From Thermodesulfobacteriota bacterium (GTDB taxonomy: Bacteria; Desulfobacterota; QYQD01): a stretch of DNA of 64,000 nucleotides. A program made the position numbers and the translations under genes. The notes under the pieces are model-generated. The model was given only the letters and a program-made list of their open reading frames with translations, was not told where the DNA came from and made no database searches. The stretch is taken from NCBI GenBank assembly GCA_040754095.1, contig JBFMFO010000011.1, positions 13,737 through 77,736 on the forward strand. The letters run 5' to 3'. Shown piece by piece: positions 8,469 to 18,567 of the stretch. Within the stretch, counting starts at the first letter, position 1. Every line of letters begins with the position of its first letter.

Positions 8469-11400
8469 ATGCCGGAAGTAACCTTAACCATTGATGGTCG
8501 AAAGATAACTGTCGAGAAAGGAACCACCATCCTGGAGGCAGCCCGCAGGGCTGCCATCCATATCCCTACTCTTTGCTACCTGCCCCAATTCAAAAAACCC
8601 CCGGCCTCCTGCCGTATGTGTGTCGTGGAGGTCGAAGGTAAAGACAAACTCATCGCTTCCTGTGCTACTCCGGTCTCTGAGGGCATGGTGGTAGCCACCC
8701 ATACCGAAAAAGTAAAGACCGCCCGCCGGGTTATTCTGGAACTCCTGTTTTCTGAACATTATGGCGACTGCATAGCACCGTGTTCTCTGGCCTGCCCTGC
8801 CAATATTGATATCCAGGGGTATATCGCCCATATTGCGTCCGGGAGATACCTTGAGGCCCTGGAGCTGATTAAGGAGAAAAATCCCCTGCCCCTTTCGGTA
8901 GGGCGGGTTTGCCCCCGTTTTTGTGAATCGCGCTGCCGTCGGAATCTCGTAGATGGTAGCGTGGCGATAAATCATCTGAAGAGGTTTGCAGCCGACTATG
9001 GACTCGCGCACAAGGAGTCCCTGCCTACACCTCAGCGACCCTCTACCGATCACCGGGTGGCCGTGATCGGAGGCGGGCCGGCCGGGCTGACTGCCGCATA
9101 CTATCTGGCCCGCAGGGGGCATCATGTGACCATTTTGGAAGCCATGCCTGCATTGGGCGGAATGCTTCGTTACGGCATCCCGGAATACCGCCTGCCCAAG
9201 AAAATATTGGATGCCGAGATACAATTTATCCTTGACCTGGGTGTTGAGGTGAGAGCCGGCCGGAGGTGGGGCAAGGATTTTTCTCTGGAGAGCCTGAAAC
9301 AGGAAGGGTTTGAGTCCATCTTCATCGGTATAGGGGCGTGGAATAGCCGTCCTATGGGTGTCGAAGGTGAAGATCTCCCCGGAGTTTTTTCCGGCATTGA
9401 TTTTCTTCGCAGGTTTGCCGAAGGCGAGAAGGTTCAGGTAGGGTCAAGGGTGGCTGTGATAGGCGGAGGCAATACCGCCATTGACGCCGCGCGCACCTGT
9501 CTCAGGATCGGGGCGAATGAGGTGATTATAGTTTACCGCCGGTCACGGATGGAGATGCCGGCCAGCCACCGCGAGATTAAAGAAGCGGAGGACGAAGGCG
9601 TTAAATTTTTCCTGATGGCGGCCCCAACCAGGATTACTCCGGGCGATGGTTTCCTTAATCTTGAGGTTCAAAGGATGAAACTGGGGGAACCGGATCAGAG
9701 CGGCCGGAGGCGTCCCGTGCCTGTCACCGGGTCTGAAAGTGTAATACGGGTGGATAGTGTTATTGCGGCTATCGGCCAGTCGGTAGAGATCGGGAAATGT
9801 CATGCCGAGGGCCTGACTGAGGGGTTGGGGCTTACCCGCGGGAACACTATCGAGGCGGCCTCCGATACTTTTGTCACCAATTTAGAGGGGATATTTGCCG
9901 GAGGCGATGCGGTCAGCGGACCGCGCACTGTTGTCGAGGCCATAGCTCAAGGCCGAAAAGCAGCCGATGCCATTCATATGTACTTGACCGAACGGAGAAT
10001 AGAGACGCCGCGTATTCCGTTTAATATTACAAAAGGCGAGTTTTTTGAGGACGTCGATCTGCGGAATTTCGAAGAAGTGCCCCAGCGTTCCAGGCATAAG
10101 ATGCCGATACGTCACCCCAAAACCCTGTTAGGTGACTTTGGCGAGTTAGAAACGGGTTATACTGAAAAGATGGCGGTGGAAGAGGCGGAGCGGTGCCTCG
10201 CGTGCGGGTGTCATGCCGTGGACAAATGCATTATTCGACGGGAGGCCCCTCAATATCATGTTGATTTCTCTCATTACGGGATCGGCACCCGCCTCAACTA
10301 CAAGGTGGACCGCAGTCATCCTTTTATAACCATTGACCGGAATAAATGTGTGCTTTGCCGGCGTTGTAAGAATGTCTGTGAATATGAGGCCATCAACTTA
10401 GAAGAAGGCGAACTGGAAACCCTTGACCGGTTACGGACGATTTCTCTGACTATTAATGACAACTGCGTGTTCTGCGGCCTCTGCGCCGATAATTGTCCTA
10501 CCGGAGCCCTGGTCAAGAAGGAAACAGAACAATCCCTGGCCGGAGAGCTTAAGCAGGTGAGGACTGTCTGCCCGTATTGCGGCACAGGTTGTAACCTGAT
10601 CCTCAATATCCGGGGGAAAAAGCTGGTAGAAGTAAGCTCTGACCCGGGCTTTATTCCCAATCAGGGACACCTCTGCGTAAAAGGCCGCTTCGGGCATGAT
10701 TTTATCAAACATCCGGACCGGCTTACTACACCTATGATACGGAGGGACGGCGAACTTCAGGCCTGCAGTTGGGATGAGGCCCTGGAGCTTATTGCCGATA
10801 GACTCAAGGAACTCAAAGAGGCGTATGGAGCGGAGGGTCTGGGGGTGCTCTGCTCGGCTAAATGTACTAATGAAGAAAACTATCTGATGCAAAAGCTGGC
10901 CCGGGCCGTCTTTGGCACGAATAATATAGACCACTGCGCCCGGCTCTGACACTCCTCCACGGTAGCCGGTCTGGCTGCCGCATTCGGCAGCGGGGCCATG
11001 ACCAATTCCATCCAGGACCTGGAGAAGGCCGACGTTATCCTGCTTACAGGCAGCAATACCACCGAGAACCACCCGATTATCAGCCTTCATATTATAAACG
11101 CGGTTACCCGGTTGCGTAAAAAGCTTATCGTGGTTGACCCCCGCGTGATCAAGATGACGCAGTATGCGGATATTTATCTCCGGCCCCGGCCGGGTACGGA
11201 TATAGCCTGGTTAAATGGGTTGGCCCATATCATTATTAAAGAGGAGCTATGGGATAAGGATTACGTTCAGGAGCGGACCGAAGGCTTCGAGGCCTTTGCC
11301 CAGACCGTGGGAAAATACACCCCTGAACTGGTGCAGATGATTACCGGGATACCGGCGGGAGACCTCAAAAAAGCCGCCCGTCTCTACGCGCAGGCGGGGC

Positions 11401-12587
11401 GGGCCGCCATTGTCTATTGCATGGGTATTACACAGCACCGGAGCGGCACGGACAATGTAAAGGCTATTGCCAACCTGGCCATGCTGTGCGGTAATGTAGG
11501 GATTGAAGGCGGCGGGGTGAATCCCCTGCGCGGACAGAATAACGTCCAGGGTGCTTGTGACATGGGGGCCTTGCCTGATGCGCTTCCCGGATATCAGAGC
11601 ATTGCCGATGCAGCCGTCAGGCGGAAATTTGAGGAGGCCTGGGATGCCCGGCTGCCCGAGGAAGCCGGCCTTACGGCCACGGAGATGATAAAACAGGCCG
11701 GCGAGGGGAAGATAAAGGGCCTTTACATCATGGGTGAGAACCCCATGATAAGCGACCCGGATATTAATCATGTCCGATCGGCCTTGGAGAAACTTGAATT
11801 GCTTGTAGTGCAGGATATCTTTCTTACCCGGACCGCCAGGCTGGCCGATGTGGTCTTGCCGGCGGCAAGTTACGCAGAGAAAGAGGGCACTTTTACCAAT
11901 ACGGAGAGGCGGATACAGAGGGTCAGACAGGCCCTTTCACCTCCGGGGCAAAGCAGCCCGGATTGGAGAATTATCTGCGACCTGTCGGCAAAGATGGGAT
12001 ACGATATGTTTTATCAGTCACCGGAAGAGATCATGGAGGAAATAGCCAGCCTGACGCCTATCTATGGGGGCATTTATTACGATCGCCTGGAAGATACAGG
12101 GATTCAATGGCCCTGCCCAACCCTGGACCACCCCGGTACGCCGGTCTTGCATTGCAATGGTTTTACCCGCGGTAAAGGTCTATTCCATGCGCTGGAAGTG
12201 ATCCCGGCCAGCGAGATGCCGGATGACGATTATCCTTTTTTACTCTCTACCGGACGGGTGCTCTATCACTACAATAGCGGCACCATGAGCCGCCGCGCTG
12301 AAGGTTTAAACAAGATGTACCCGGAAGTCATGGTAGAAATGAACCCCATTGACGCCTTTGCCCTGAACATTGATGACCATTCTCCGGTGCGTATTACCTC
12401 AAGGCGGGGTGACATAACGGTGCGGGTGGCGCTTACGGAAATGTGCCAGCGGGGTACGGTATTTTTACCTTTCCACTTCCGGGAGGCCGCCGCCAACCTC
12501 CTTACCAATCCCGGGGTTGACCCGGTCTCCAAGATACCCGAGTATAAGATCTGCGCCGTGCGGATCAGGCCGGTTCATGGGATGTAG
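8469..12587 (+). CDS. fdhA: Fused formate dehydrogenase selenoprotein: 2Fe-2S domain, GltD-like NAD(P)H/FAD module, 4Fe-4S domains and Mo/W-bisPGD catalytic subunit, with in-frame UGA read as Sec
   Basis: Track ORFs 8469..10949 and 10998..12587 share one frame. The junction reads [32 protein letters not shown], the conserved FDH Sec/Cys active-site context. Also present are VAVIGGGPAGLTAAYYL (GltD-like) and CPYCGTGCN...GHLCVKG (the molybdopterin 4Fe-4S domain). Confidence 0.85.
10947..10997 (+). promoter_or_regulatory. Sec-UGA codon (10947-10949) plus candidate bacterial SECIS hairpin (10968-10997)
   Basis: The stem gctgccg (10974-10980) pairs with cggcagc (10985-10991) around the loop catt. 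It extends by ggtctg/ggggcc with one G.G mismatch and two G.U pairs, and starts 19 nt after the UGA. Confidence 0.6.
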
Positions 12588-12743
12588 CCCCAGCCGTTAA
12601 AATGCAGAAAAGGGCACCAAGCCCACCCTACATAGCGGTGAGCAGGGCATTACTGCTGCTAGTCCTTCCTGTTTTGTCCAATGTCAAGAGCTGACCCCGC
12701 TGGCTCCCTAATTCCCGTTGGTTTCCACGGGGAGTTTCAATCG

Positions 12744-12989
12744 TTAGGTGCTTTTTTGATTTTTATAGTGTGAAGCATACCAATCTATAACCTGTCTGAT
12801 CATCTTTTGATACGAGGTATGCTGTTTTTTTGCCTCTTTTTTAAAAAAATCAATGCTCGATTTTTTCAGGGCAATCGTTACCTTCACGTTGTCCTCTTTC
12901 AAGACCAACTGGTCCGGCGGCGGAAGAAAATCCTTAACGACTCTTAACTCACCCAGCGGTTCATTCGTGTACTTTATTTTGCTCTTCAT
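12744..12989 (-). CDS. brnA: BrnA-like (CopG/RHH-type) antitoxin
   Basis: Reads MKSKIKYTNEPLGELRVVKDFLPPPDQLVLKEDNVKVTIALKKSSIDFFKKEAKK, typical of BrnA. The start overlaps the end of a BrnT-like reading frame. Confidence 0.6.
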   Translation of the reverse strand: MKSKIKYTNEPLGELRVVKDFLPPPDQLVLKEDNVKVTIALKKSSIDFFKKEAKKQHTSYQKMIRQVIDWYASHYKNQKST

Positions 12990-13209
12990 ATATCTGCCTC
13001 CCCTTCCTCCAATATCCGGCGCCATAGATACGGATAACATTACCCCGGTACGTAAACCTCACGGTCATTATGCCTCCACCGGCACGGCCAATGCAGTAAA
13101 GGCGTTTTTCCTCTGTACTATGATGTATTACTACGGCAATTAAAAACTTAAATTCCCCCGCACTCCCCTTTGGAAAAGGGCGGATGGGGGATTTGGCAAG
13201 TTTATATAT
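12961..13209 (-). pseudogene. BrnT (DUF497) toxin remnant; only the C-terminal half is recognisable and there is no start codon
   Basis: The minus frame reads ..LIAVVIHHSTEEKRLYCIGRAGGGIMTVRFTYRGNVIRIYGAGYWRKGRQIYEEQNKVHE*. The upstream part of the frame is encoded by a hairpin repeat and is closed by a stop at 13210-13212. Confidence 0.5.
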
Positions 13210-13224
13210 TTAATTGCCGTAGTA
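13129..13224. repeat. 15-bp perfect inverted repeat (tactacggcaattaa / ttaattgccgtagta) enclosing a family-E G/C hairpin (13151-13194)
   Basis: The repeat arms are at 13129-13143 and 13210-13224. The core aattcccccgcactcccctttggaaaagggcggatgggggattt resembles the element at 35548-35624. Confidence 0.75.
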
Positions 13225-13638
13225 CTATATTAAAATATGGTGGAATTAGCAATATAATTTTATGGCGATATATATGTATTATATTCGCGCTTGACGATGA
13301 AAGGAAGGTAAGTGGCAGTGGTGTCGCGCAACGCTGCCGGCGTCTATCCCAACCCTAGCTACACAAACCGGCATGACGAATCAATGGCTGAAGGAATAAA
13401 GGCTGGTCTTGAACAAGAACCTGTGGTGGACATTCACTATTCCGCCTTTGATCTTGTCACGATATCGCCACGTTTTAACCGTGTCTCATTATTCACAGCC
13501 GAATTTTATTAATGCAACTGATTGGATAGAAGGCGGGAATGGAGTCATGCAACGTAAGAATCAACGTCCCTGGATCAAAATCCCGATTAGGCATGATTGG
13601 ATTTTCCCCACTTTCTGAGTCGCCCGGTAATCCCCTCA

Positions 13639-14385
13639 TCACCGCGTCATCAGCGCGAACACGCCCCAGCCCAGGTATTCACGCGTGTAAGCGGCGTAGC
13701 GCTCGGGTTCCGAGGTTAGTTTGGCTCGAACATCTTTCGCGAACTCGTCGTCGGGATTGGCTTCAAGCCATCGGCGCATGGTGAGCCACTTGGCCGCCTC
13801 GTATCTGTCCCAGCTGTCTTGGTCTGCCAAAACCATTTCCACGACGTCGTAGCCGAGGTGGCCGAAAGACACGAGAAGTTCTGGAAGCAGGAGAAAGTCG
13901 GAGATTGAGCCGGCAAGACACCCCCTGGCAACATCTTCCGTCGGCGGTAACTGCCGCCAGTAGGGCTCGCCGATGAGGATGATCCCTCCGGGGCGGAGGC
14001 TCTGCGCCAGAAGCTCGATGGTGCCGACGACTCCCCCAGCGATCCACGTGGCACCGAGACAGGCTGCCACACCGGCCTTCTCGTCAGAGACGAAGCCGGC
14101 AGCATCGCCATGGATGAACTTGACTTGATCGGCGACACCGAGTTTTTCAGCGCGGAGTTTCGCTTGCTCGGTGAACAACTGGCTCATGTCGATGCCGGTG
14201 CCGATGACTCCGTAATCGCGTGCCCAGGTGCACAGCATCTCCCCCGAACCGCTGCCGAGGTCGAGCACTCGGGTTCCCGTTTCCAGACGCAGCGCCGCGC
14301 CGAGAGTGGCGAGCTTTTCGGGTGTGAACGGGTTATGGATGCGGTGAGCACTTTCGGTGATGTTGAAGATCCGTGGAATATCCAA
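13639..14385 (-). CDS. Class I SAM-dependent methyltransferase
   Basis: The SAM motif is VLDLGSGSGEM, followed by GIDMS and LRPGGIILIGEPYW. It is visibly more GC-rich than its neighbours. Confidence 0.75.
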   Translation of the reverse strand: MDIPRIFNITESAHRIHNPFTPEKLATLGAALRLETGTRVLDLGSGSGEMLCTWARDYGVIGTGIDMSQLFTEQAKLRAEKLGVADQVKFIHGDAAGFVSDEKAGVAACLGATWIAGGVVGTIELLAQSLRPGGIILIGEPYWRQLPPTEDVARGCLAGSISDFLLLPELLVSFGHLGYDVVEMVLADQDSWDRYEAAKWLTMRRWLEANPDDEFAKDVRAKLTSEPERYAAYTREYLGWGVFALMTR

Positions 14386-14510
14386 TGCAGAAAATCTCCT
14401 TACGGGTGTGAATAGATTCGGTCACTGCCTAATGCCTGCGTAACCGGCTGGCGCGGCTTCTTGTGCCAGTCCGAGTTGACGCAGTTGTTGTGCGTGAAGT
14501 TCCTCTCCAT

Positions 14511-15578
14511 TTAGGGCGACGGCTTCCATGTTGCTGTGGTCCTTACATCGCCTTTCTTGGACCGGGTGGCCGATATTTCTAATCGGTAGAGCCTAACGGT
14601 TCGAGACGAAGCATCTGATCGGGTCATAAGCCAAACGTCCTGCCAGCCGAGTGTACCTCCTACAGCATGGGAATTGACCTCCAGAAGAGCATCATCAAAC
14701 CCGTCATCGTCGAAGTCTCCAACGGAAATCACACTCAACTGCACGTCCCAGCTTTTGTCATAGGTGAAGCTCAGGGTCCCTGGGGGAGAGCGCTCAATAC
14801 TCACCTTCCGACTTTTCACGTAATCAGCCACGGTTCGGCCTTTTTTGGCGTCTTGTATTATCTCAGCTTTATCTTCATGTCGAATGGAGGGCATAATCGA
14901 GACCGGAATAGCAGAAAGGTCTTTTAAAATTCCGTTGGGAAGCAATGAACGTTTAGCTGACTTGGCCCTTTCTATAGCAAGCAAGGCCCCACAAGCTACT
15001 CGGAAGTCGCTTTCAACGTTCATGTCGAGCGTCGTTTGTGCGGATAGTCCTTCAGCGAGGGCTGAAAAATAGTCAGAGCATGTTCGTGTCTTGGTTCCCT
15101 CACCCATGAAGCTCGCATCTTCATCATCAAGGCGAAGGAAGAGACTTTGGTGTAGGTAATTCGACGCCTCAGATTTCGAAATACACCCTAGGGGCCTCCA
15201 ATTATGCCAAAGATAGGGTGGGTTAAAGACTGGGATGCAAGTACCCGGGCTTCCATATGCAGCCGCAGTTCCACGAAGTTCCTCGAGCCGCCTGCGGTAC
15301 CCCTTCTGGAGACATTCATTGTCAAAGCAGGACTGCATCTGCCGCAACCACCCTACTTGGCTCCTGGCAAGAGGCTGAGAGTCGGGAAAAGTCTGGCGTG
15401 CACTCTGGTAAGCCTTAGCCATCTCCTCGTCCATCTTTGACAGCTGCGGATCGGCGCAGATTGCCTTCTCATTTTTCGTCGTCGCCTTGGTGCAGTCGAA
15501 ACTCGCACTGAGTGCTGAAGAGGCAGCAAGCGTGGCAACCGCGGAGACGACCGCCAGTCCAAATAAGGCCTTTATCAT
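14511..15578 (-). CDS. Secreted hypothetical protein with an N-terminal DUF1311 (LprI-like) motif
   Basis: Signal-peptide-like MIKALFGLAVVSAVATLAASSALSA, then FDCTKATTKNEKAICADPQLSKMDEEMAKAY. The C-terminal part contains VGDFDDDGFDDALLE. Confidence 0.5.
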   Translation of the reverse strand: MIKALFGLAVVSAVATLAASSALSASFDCTKATTKNEKAICADPQLSKMDEEMAKAYQSARQTFPDSQPLARSQVGWLRQMQSCFDNECLQKGYRRRLEELRGTAAAYGSPGTCIPVFNPPYLWHNWRPLGCISKSEASNYLHQSLFLRLDDEDASFMGEGTKTRTCSDYFSALAEGLSAQTTLDMNVESDFRVACGALLAIERAKSAKRSLLPNGILKDLSAIPVSIMPSIRHEDKAEIIQDAKKGRTVADYVKSRKVSIERSPPGTLSFTYDKSWDVQLSVISVGDFDDDGFDDALLEVNSHAVGGTLGWQDVWLMTRSDASSRTVRLYRLEISATRSKKGDVRTTATWKPSP

Positions 15579-15979
15579 CTTCTCCTCCCTGTTTTAGATC
15601 TGTATTCGCAGAACATATTATCTAGTTTTCTGGATAATATCAGGAAGGTTCAGCATGGTCAATGATGCCGATGGGGACATCCTATATTGAGTCCTGTCAA
15701 GAATAAAATGATCGGTTTGTAACTATGTTATTTTTCAGTGGTTTTAGATTTGTACTATTTTTGAGCGCAATTGTCCTTACGACTTATTAAAGTCTATCAT
15801 TTGTGTTCGACGAGTCTCTCACCACGGATGAACCCTGTATCTAATCGTTATGTCTATCCGGCATGTCCGCCTCCGGCGGACCACCTCCATGCTGCGGCAG
15901 TAAACGAACCTTTTAACGATGGAGAACTGCTGAACGAATACTTTGAGTTATAGTGCATAATCTGACGCCCAACATGAAG

Positions 15980-16246
15980 CTAACCGGTGCTTAGTTTTTT
16001 TGCGCGTCCGGTTGGACGGCTTGTTAACCGTTTCGTGGAACGGGTCAATTCTAATAGTGATCTCAAGGCCTCATTCACTGATGCGGAATCATGGAAGGCT
16101 TTGGCTATGTCCGGATCAAGCACGGCCACGTTCGATCCTTCATCAAGCAATCGTCGGTAATACTTCCCGCGAACGGCTTTTGAATAGTCAAAATCGTACT
16201 CGGGACGTAACTCATCAGTTTTTTGTATTTTTCTTTTATCCTTCAT
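15980..16246 (-). CDS. Small antitoxin-like protein with no adjacent toxin gene
   Basis: Contains LRPEYDFDYSKAVRGKYYRRLLDEGSNVAVLDPDIAKAFHDSASVNEALRSLL, a pattern common in type II antitoxin-like ORFs. I moved the start to the internal MKDKRK, because the track start overlaps cysC. Confidence 0.4.
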   Translation of the reverse strand: MKDKRKIQKTDELRPEYDFDYSKAVRGKYYRRLLDEGSNVAVLDPDIAKAFHDSASVNEALRSLLELTRSTKRLTSRPTGRAKKLSTG

Positions 16247-16287
16247 GTTTTTTCCTCTCATGTGCGGTTGCACATCTTGCGCTGCGG

Positions 16288-16878
16288 TCATATTATCAAT
16301 TCTTCCTCCAGGTAGGTCAATATCTTTTCCAGGCAGGTCGGGACGTCGTACTTATCTGTTTCCAGGATCAGTTCAGGATCCTCCGGTTCCTCGTAAATAG
16401 AATCTACACCGGTAAATCCTTTGATGCGGCCGGAGCGGGCCTTCTCATAATATCCCTTGCCGTCTCTTTTTTCGCATTCCGCCAGGGGGCATTTTACATA
16501 GATTTCGACAAATTCACCGGGCCGGAATAGTTTGCGGGCAAACTTCCGGTCTTCGCGATAGGGAGCAGTGAAGGCGGCGATGGTTATGATCCCGGCATCC
16601 ACAAAGAGCCGTCCTGCCTCGGCCACCCGGCGGGCGCTTTCTTTGTGGTCCTCCCGGCCTGACCCAAGCCCGCCGCACAGGCCGTAACCGATATTGTCAT
16701 CATCCAAGGCATAGGTGTGAAAGCCCTTGTTATATAAGCACCTATCCAGTGCATAGGCCATGGTCGTCTTGCCCGCGCCGGGGAGTCCCGTAAACCAGAG
16801 AAGCACACTTTCGTGACAGTTCAGCCTTAACCGCTCATTTCGCCTTACCCTTCCTGCTTTCCACTCGACGTTTGACAT
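16288..16878 (-). CDS. cysC: Adenylyl-sulfate (APS) kinase
   Basis: The P-loop reads LWFTGLPGAGKTT, followed by LDDDNIGYGLCGGLG and AAFTAPYREDR. Confidence 0.85.
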   Translation of the reverse strand: MSNVEWKAGRVRRNERLRLNCHESVLLWFTGLPGAGKTTMAYALDRCLYNKGFHTYALDDDNIGYGLCGGLGSGREDHKESARRVAEAGRLFVDAGIITIAAFTAPYREDRKFARKLFRPGEFVEIYVKCPLAECEKRDGKGYYEKARSGRIKGFTGVDSIYEEPEDPELILETDKYDVPTCLEKILTYLEEELII

Positions 16879-16956
16879 GGGGTAGATATCCTTGATATGT
16901 TTGAGATACAGAGCGGACAGTATCAGAAAGGCACGGATAATTCAACCGTCTAGAAA

Positions 16957-17128
16957 TGGAAGCCATTATTCCTTCGCTTCATGGCTTGCGCAGTGACCCT
17001 TTCGGGACTCGCAGGCGGGGAATGCTTGCCCCTTCCAGCCACTGAAGGGCTGGCTTTCCCCTTCCTGCTTGCCCTCGAAGGGTGCCCCACTGCTTCAGCA
17101 AGTTTCGCTCAGGAACAACGGCTTCCAT
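16957..17128 (+). repeat. Family-A structured repeat, copy 1 (about 150-nt core with its own complementary flanks)
   Basis: The core ttcgcttcatggcttgcgcagtgaccctttcgggactcgcaggcggggaatgcttgcccc... is shared with 22554-22735 and 28738-28918. The flanks atggaagcc and ggcttccat are complementary. Confidence 0.85.
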
Positions 17129-17245
17129 AAGAATGTGGGAAGAGTCCTATTAAGTCCCTCCGAAAACAGGGATGAAAAGTTGAAAGCTGTTCGCCGGCAA
17201 AATATTGTTGACATACAGAGGACATTTTAGATTAACATAGTTTTG

Positions 17246-18145
17246 ATGTCTTATGACGTAGAGAATTTGATAACCCAGGTAGATATCGGGAATCTAAAAC
17301 GCTATACCTCGTCCATAACCGGTCTGCGCCATGCCTGGAAGGAGCCGGAGGCGCTGGAGGAGCGGGCGCGCTATGTGGAGGAGGCCCTTGCATCCTTTGG
17401 ACTTCAGGTAGAGAGCCAGGAAGTGCCGTTTCACGGCAGGACCTACAGGAACATTATCGGCACGCTCCAGGGAAAGAAAGATACTGATTTGCTCCTGGTC
17501 GGCGCCCATTATGACGCCGCCCTGGGCAGTCCGGGCGCCGATGACAATGCCAGCGGGGTGGCCGTGCTTCTGGAGACGGCGCATATTCTGTCTAAATATA
17601 ATCCTGATAATACCATACAGTTCGTGGCTTTTACCCTGGAAGAACCACAATTCCCGGTAATGACCCTCACCTTTCTCATCGGAAGCCGTCATTTTGCCCA
17701 GGAGGCCGGAAAAAAGGGACAGAGATATAAGGGCGTACTCATCTTAGAGTCTGTCGGCTACACGAGCGAAAGGCCGCAAAGCCAGTCCCTCCCGCCCTTG
17801 GTCAGGATCGCTGCGCCGGATACGGGAAATTTCCTGGCGGTTGTCGCCAACCGAAGATCGAAAAATCTTTTAGACGGCTTTTGCCGGTCTGCTGCTAAAT
17901 GGGCGCCAGAACTTAAAGTGGTGGGCTATAAGGTACCTTTTTCAGGCCGCCTGATACCGGAAATCAGGTTTAGCGACCATGCCCCCTTCTGGGATCAGGG
18001 GTATCCGGCCCTGATGCTCACCGATACCGCCATGTTCCGCAACCCTAACTATCACACGCCATATGACAGACTGGAGACCCTGGACTTCAATTTTATGTCC
18101 GGAGTGGCCAAGGCAGTAACGGCGGCCTGCTGTAATCCGGCCTGA
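17246..18145 (+). CDS. M28 family zinc aminopeptidase
   Basis: Contains LLVGAHYDAALGSPGADDNASGVAVLLE and FTLEEP, the M28 metal-ligand motifs. Confidence 0.75.
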   Translation: MSYDVENLITQVDIGNLKRYTSSITGLRHAWKEPEALEERARYVEEALASFGLQVESQEVPFHGRTYRNIIGTLQGKKDTDLLLVGAHYDAALGSPGADDNASGVAVLLETAHILSKYNPDNTIQFVAFTLEEPQFPVMTLTFLIGSRHFAQEAGKKGQRYKGVLILESVGYTSERPQSQSLPPLVRIAAPDTGNFLAVVANRRSKNLLDGFCRSAAKWAPELKVVGYKVPFSGRLIPEIRFSDHAPFWDQGYPALMLTDTAMFRNPNYHTPYDRLETLDFNFMSGVAKAVTAACCNPA

Positions 18146-18227
18146 GATATTATTTCTGTTTACTCCTTGACTATTTTTCAGAAATGCCGATATAATCCAT
18201 AGCATTTTTAATTCGGGGCCGGTCCCT

Positions 18228-18545
18228 GTGCATAAGGATGTGCCTATGTTCGTTTTTGGAAATTTTTTGCATGCCTTGGCCAAGATAATCGACATAGTAT
18301 TATCACTTTATATGTGGGTTATTATCGCCCGGGCGGTCATTTCCTGGGTCAGTCCTGATCCGTACAATCCCCTTGTTCGCTTCCTTTACGGGGTAACCGA
18401 ACCCGTTCTTTACCGGGTGCGCCGTCTTCTTCCCGTCAGCTTTGGCGGCATGGATTTTTCGCCGATAATTATCATATTGATCATTGTTTTCCTGCAAAGT
18501 TTCCTCGTGCCGACCCTGGCCGATATAGCCGGACAGCTTGGCTGA
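18228..18545 (+). CDS. yggT: YggT family membrane protein
   Basis: Contains ARAVISWVSPDPYNPLVRFLYGVTEPVLYRVRRLLP...DFSPII. The start is uncertain; an alternative ATG lies at 18246. Confidence 0.75.
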   Translation: MHKDVPMFVFGNFLHALAKIIDIVLSLYMWVIIARAVISWVSPDPYNPLVRFLYGVTEPVLYRVRRLLPVSFGGMDFSPIIIILIIVFLQSFLVPTLADIAGQLG

Positions 18546-18567
18546 TTAACCCATCCAAAGAGGGTGA

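Noticed and set aside
10947-10949. The TGA at 10947 read as a true stop, giving two separate genes or a pseudogene.
   Set aside because: The frame is the same on both sides, the conserved FDH Sec/Cys active-site context spans the codon, and a hairpin lies downstream. The 10998 ATG has no RBS and would start in mid-domain.
12715-12743. The sequence gtttccacggggagtttcaatcg looked like a CRISPR repeat.
   Set aside because: It is a single occurrence. There are no spacers or repeated units anywhere in the window, and no cas genes.
13225-13638. A possible coding remnant (integrase or transposase fragment) in the 430-nt gap between the BrnT remnant and the methyltransferase. The track has small ORFs at 13312..13512 and 13409..13618.
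   Set aside because: I could not recognise any family motif in any of the six frames, so it is left unannotated.
17208-17236. A sigma-70-like promoter, TTGACA-N17-attaac, upstream of the M28 peptidase gene.
   Set aside because: The -10 hexamer is weak (3 of 6 matches) and ends only about 10 nt before the start codon, leaving no room for a normal leader or RBS. It is not reportable without TSS data.
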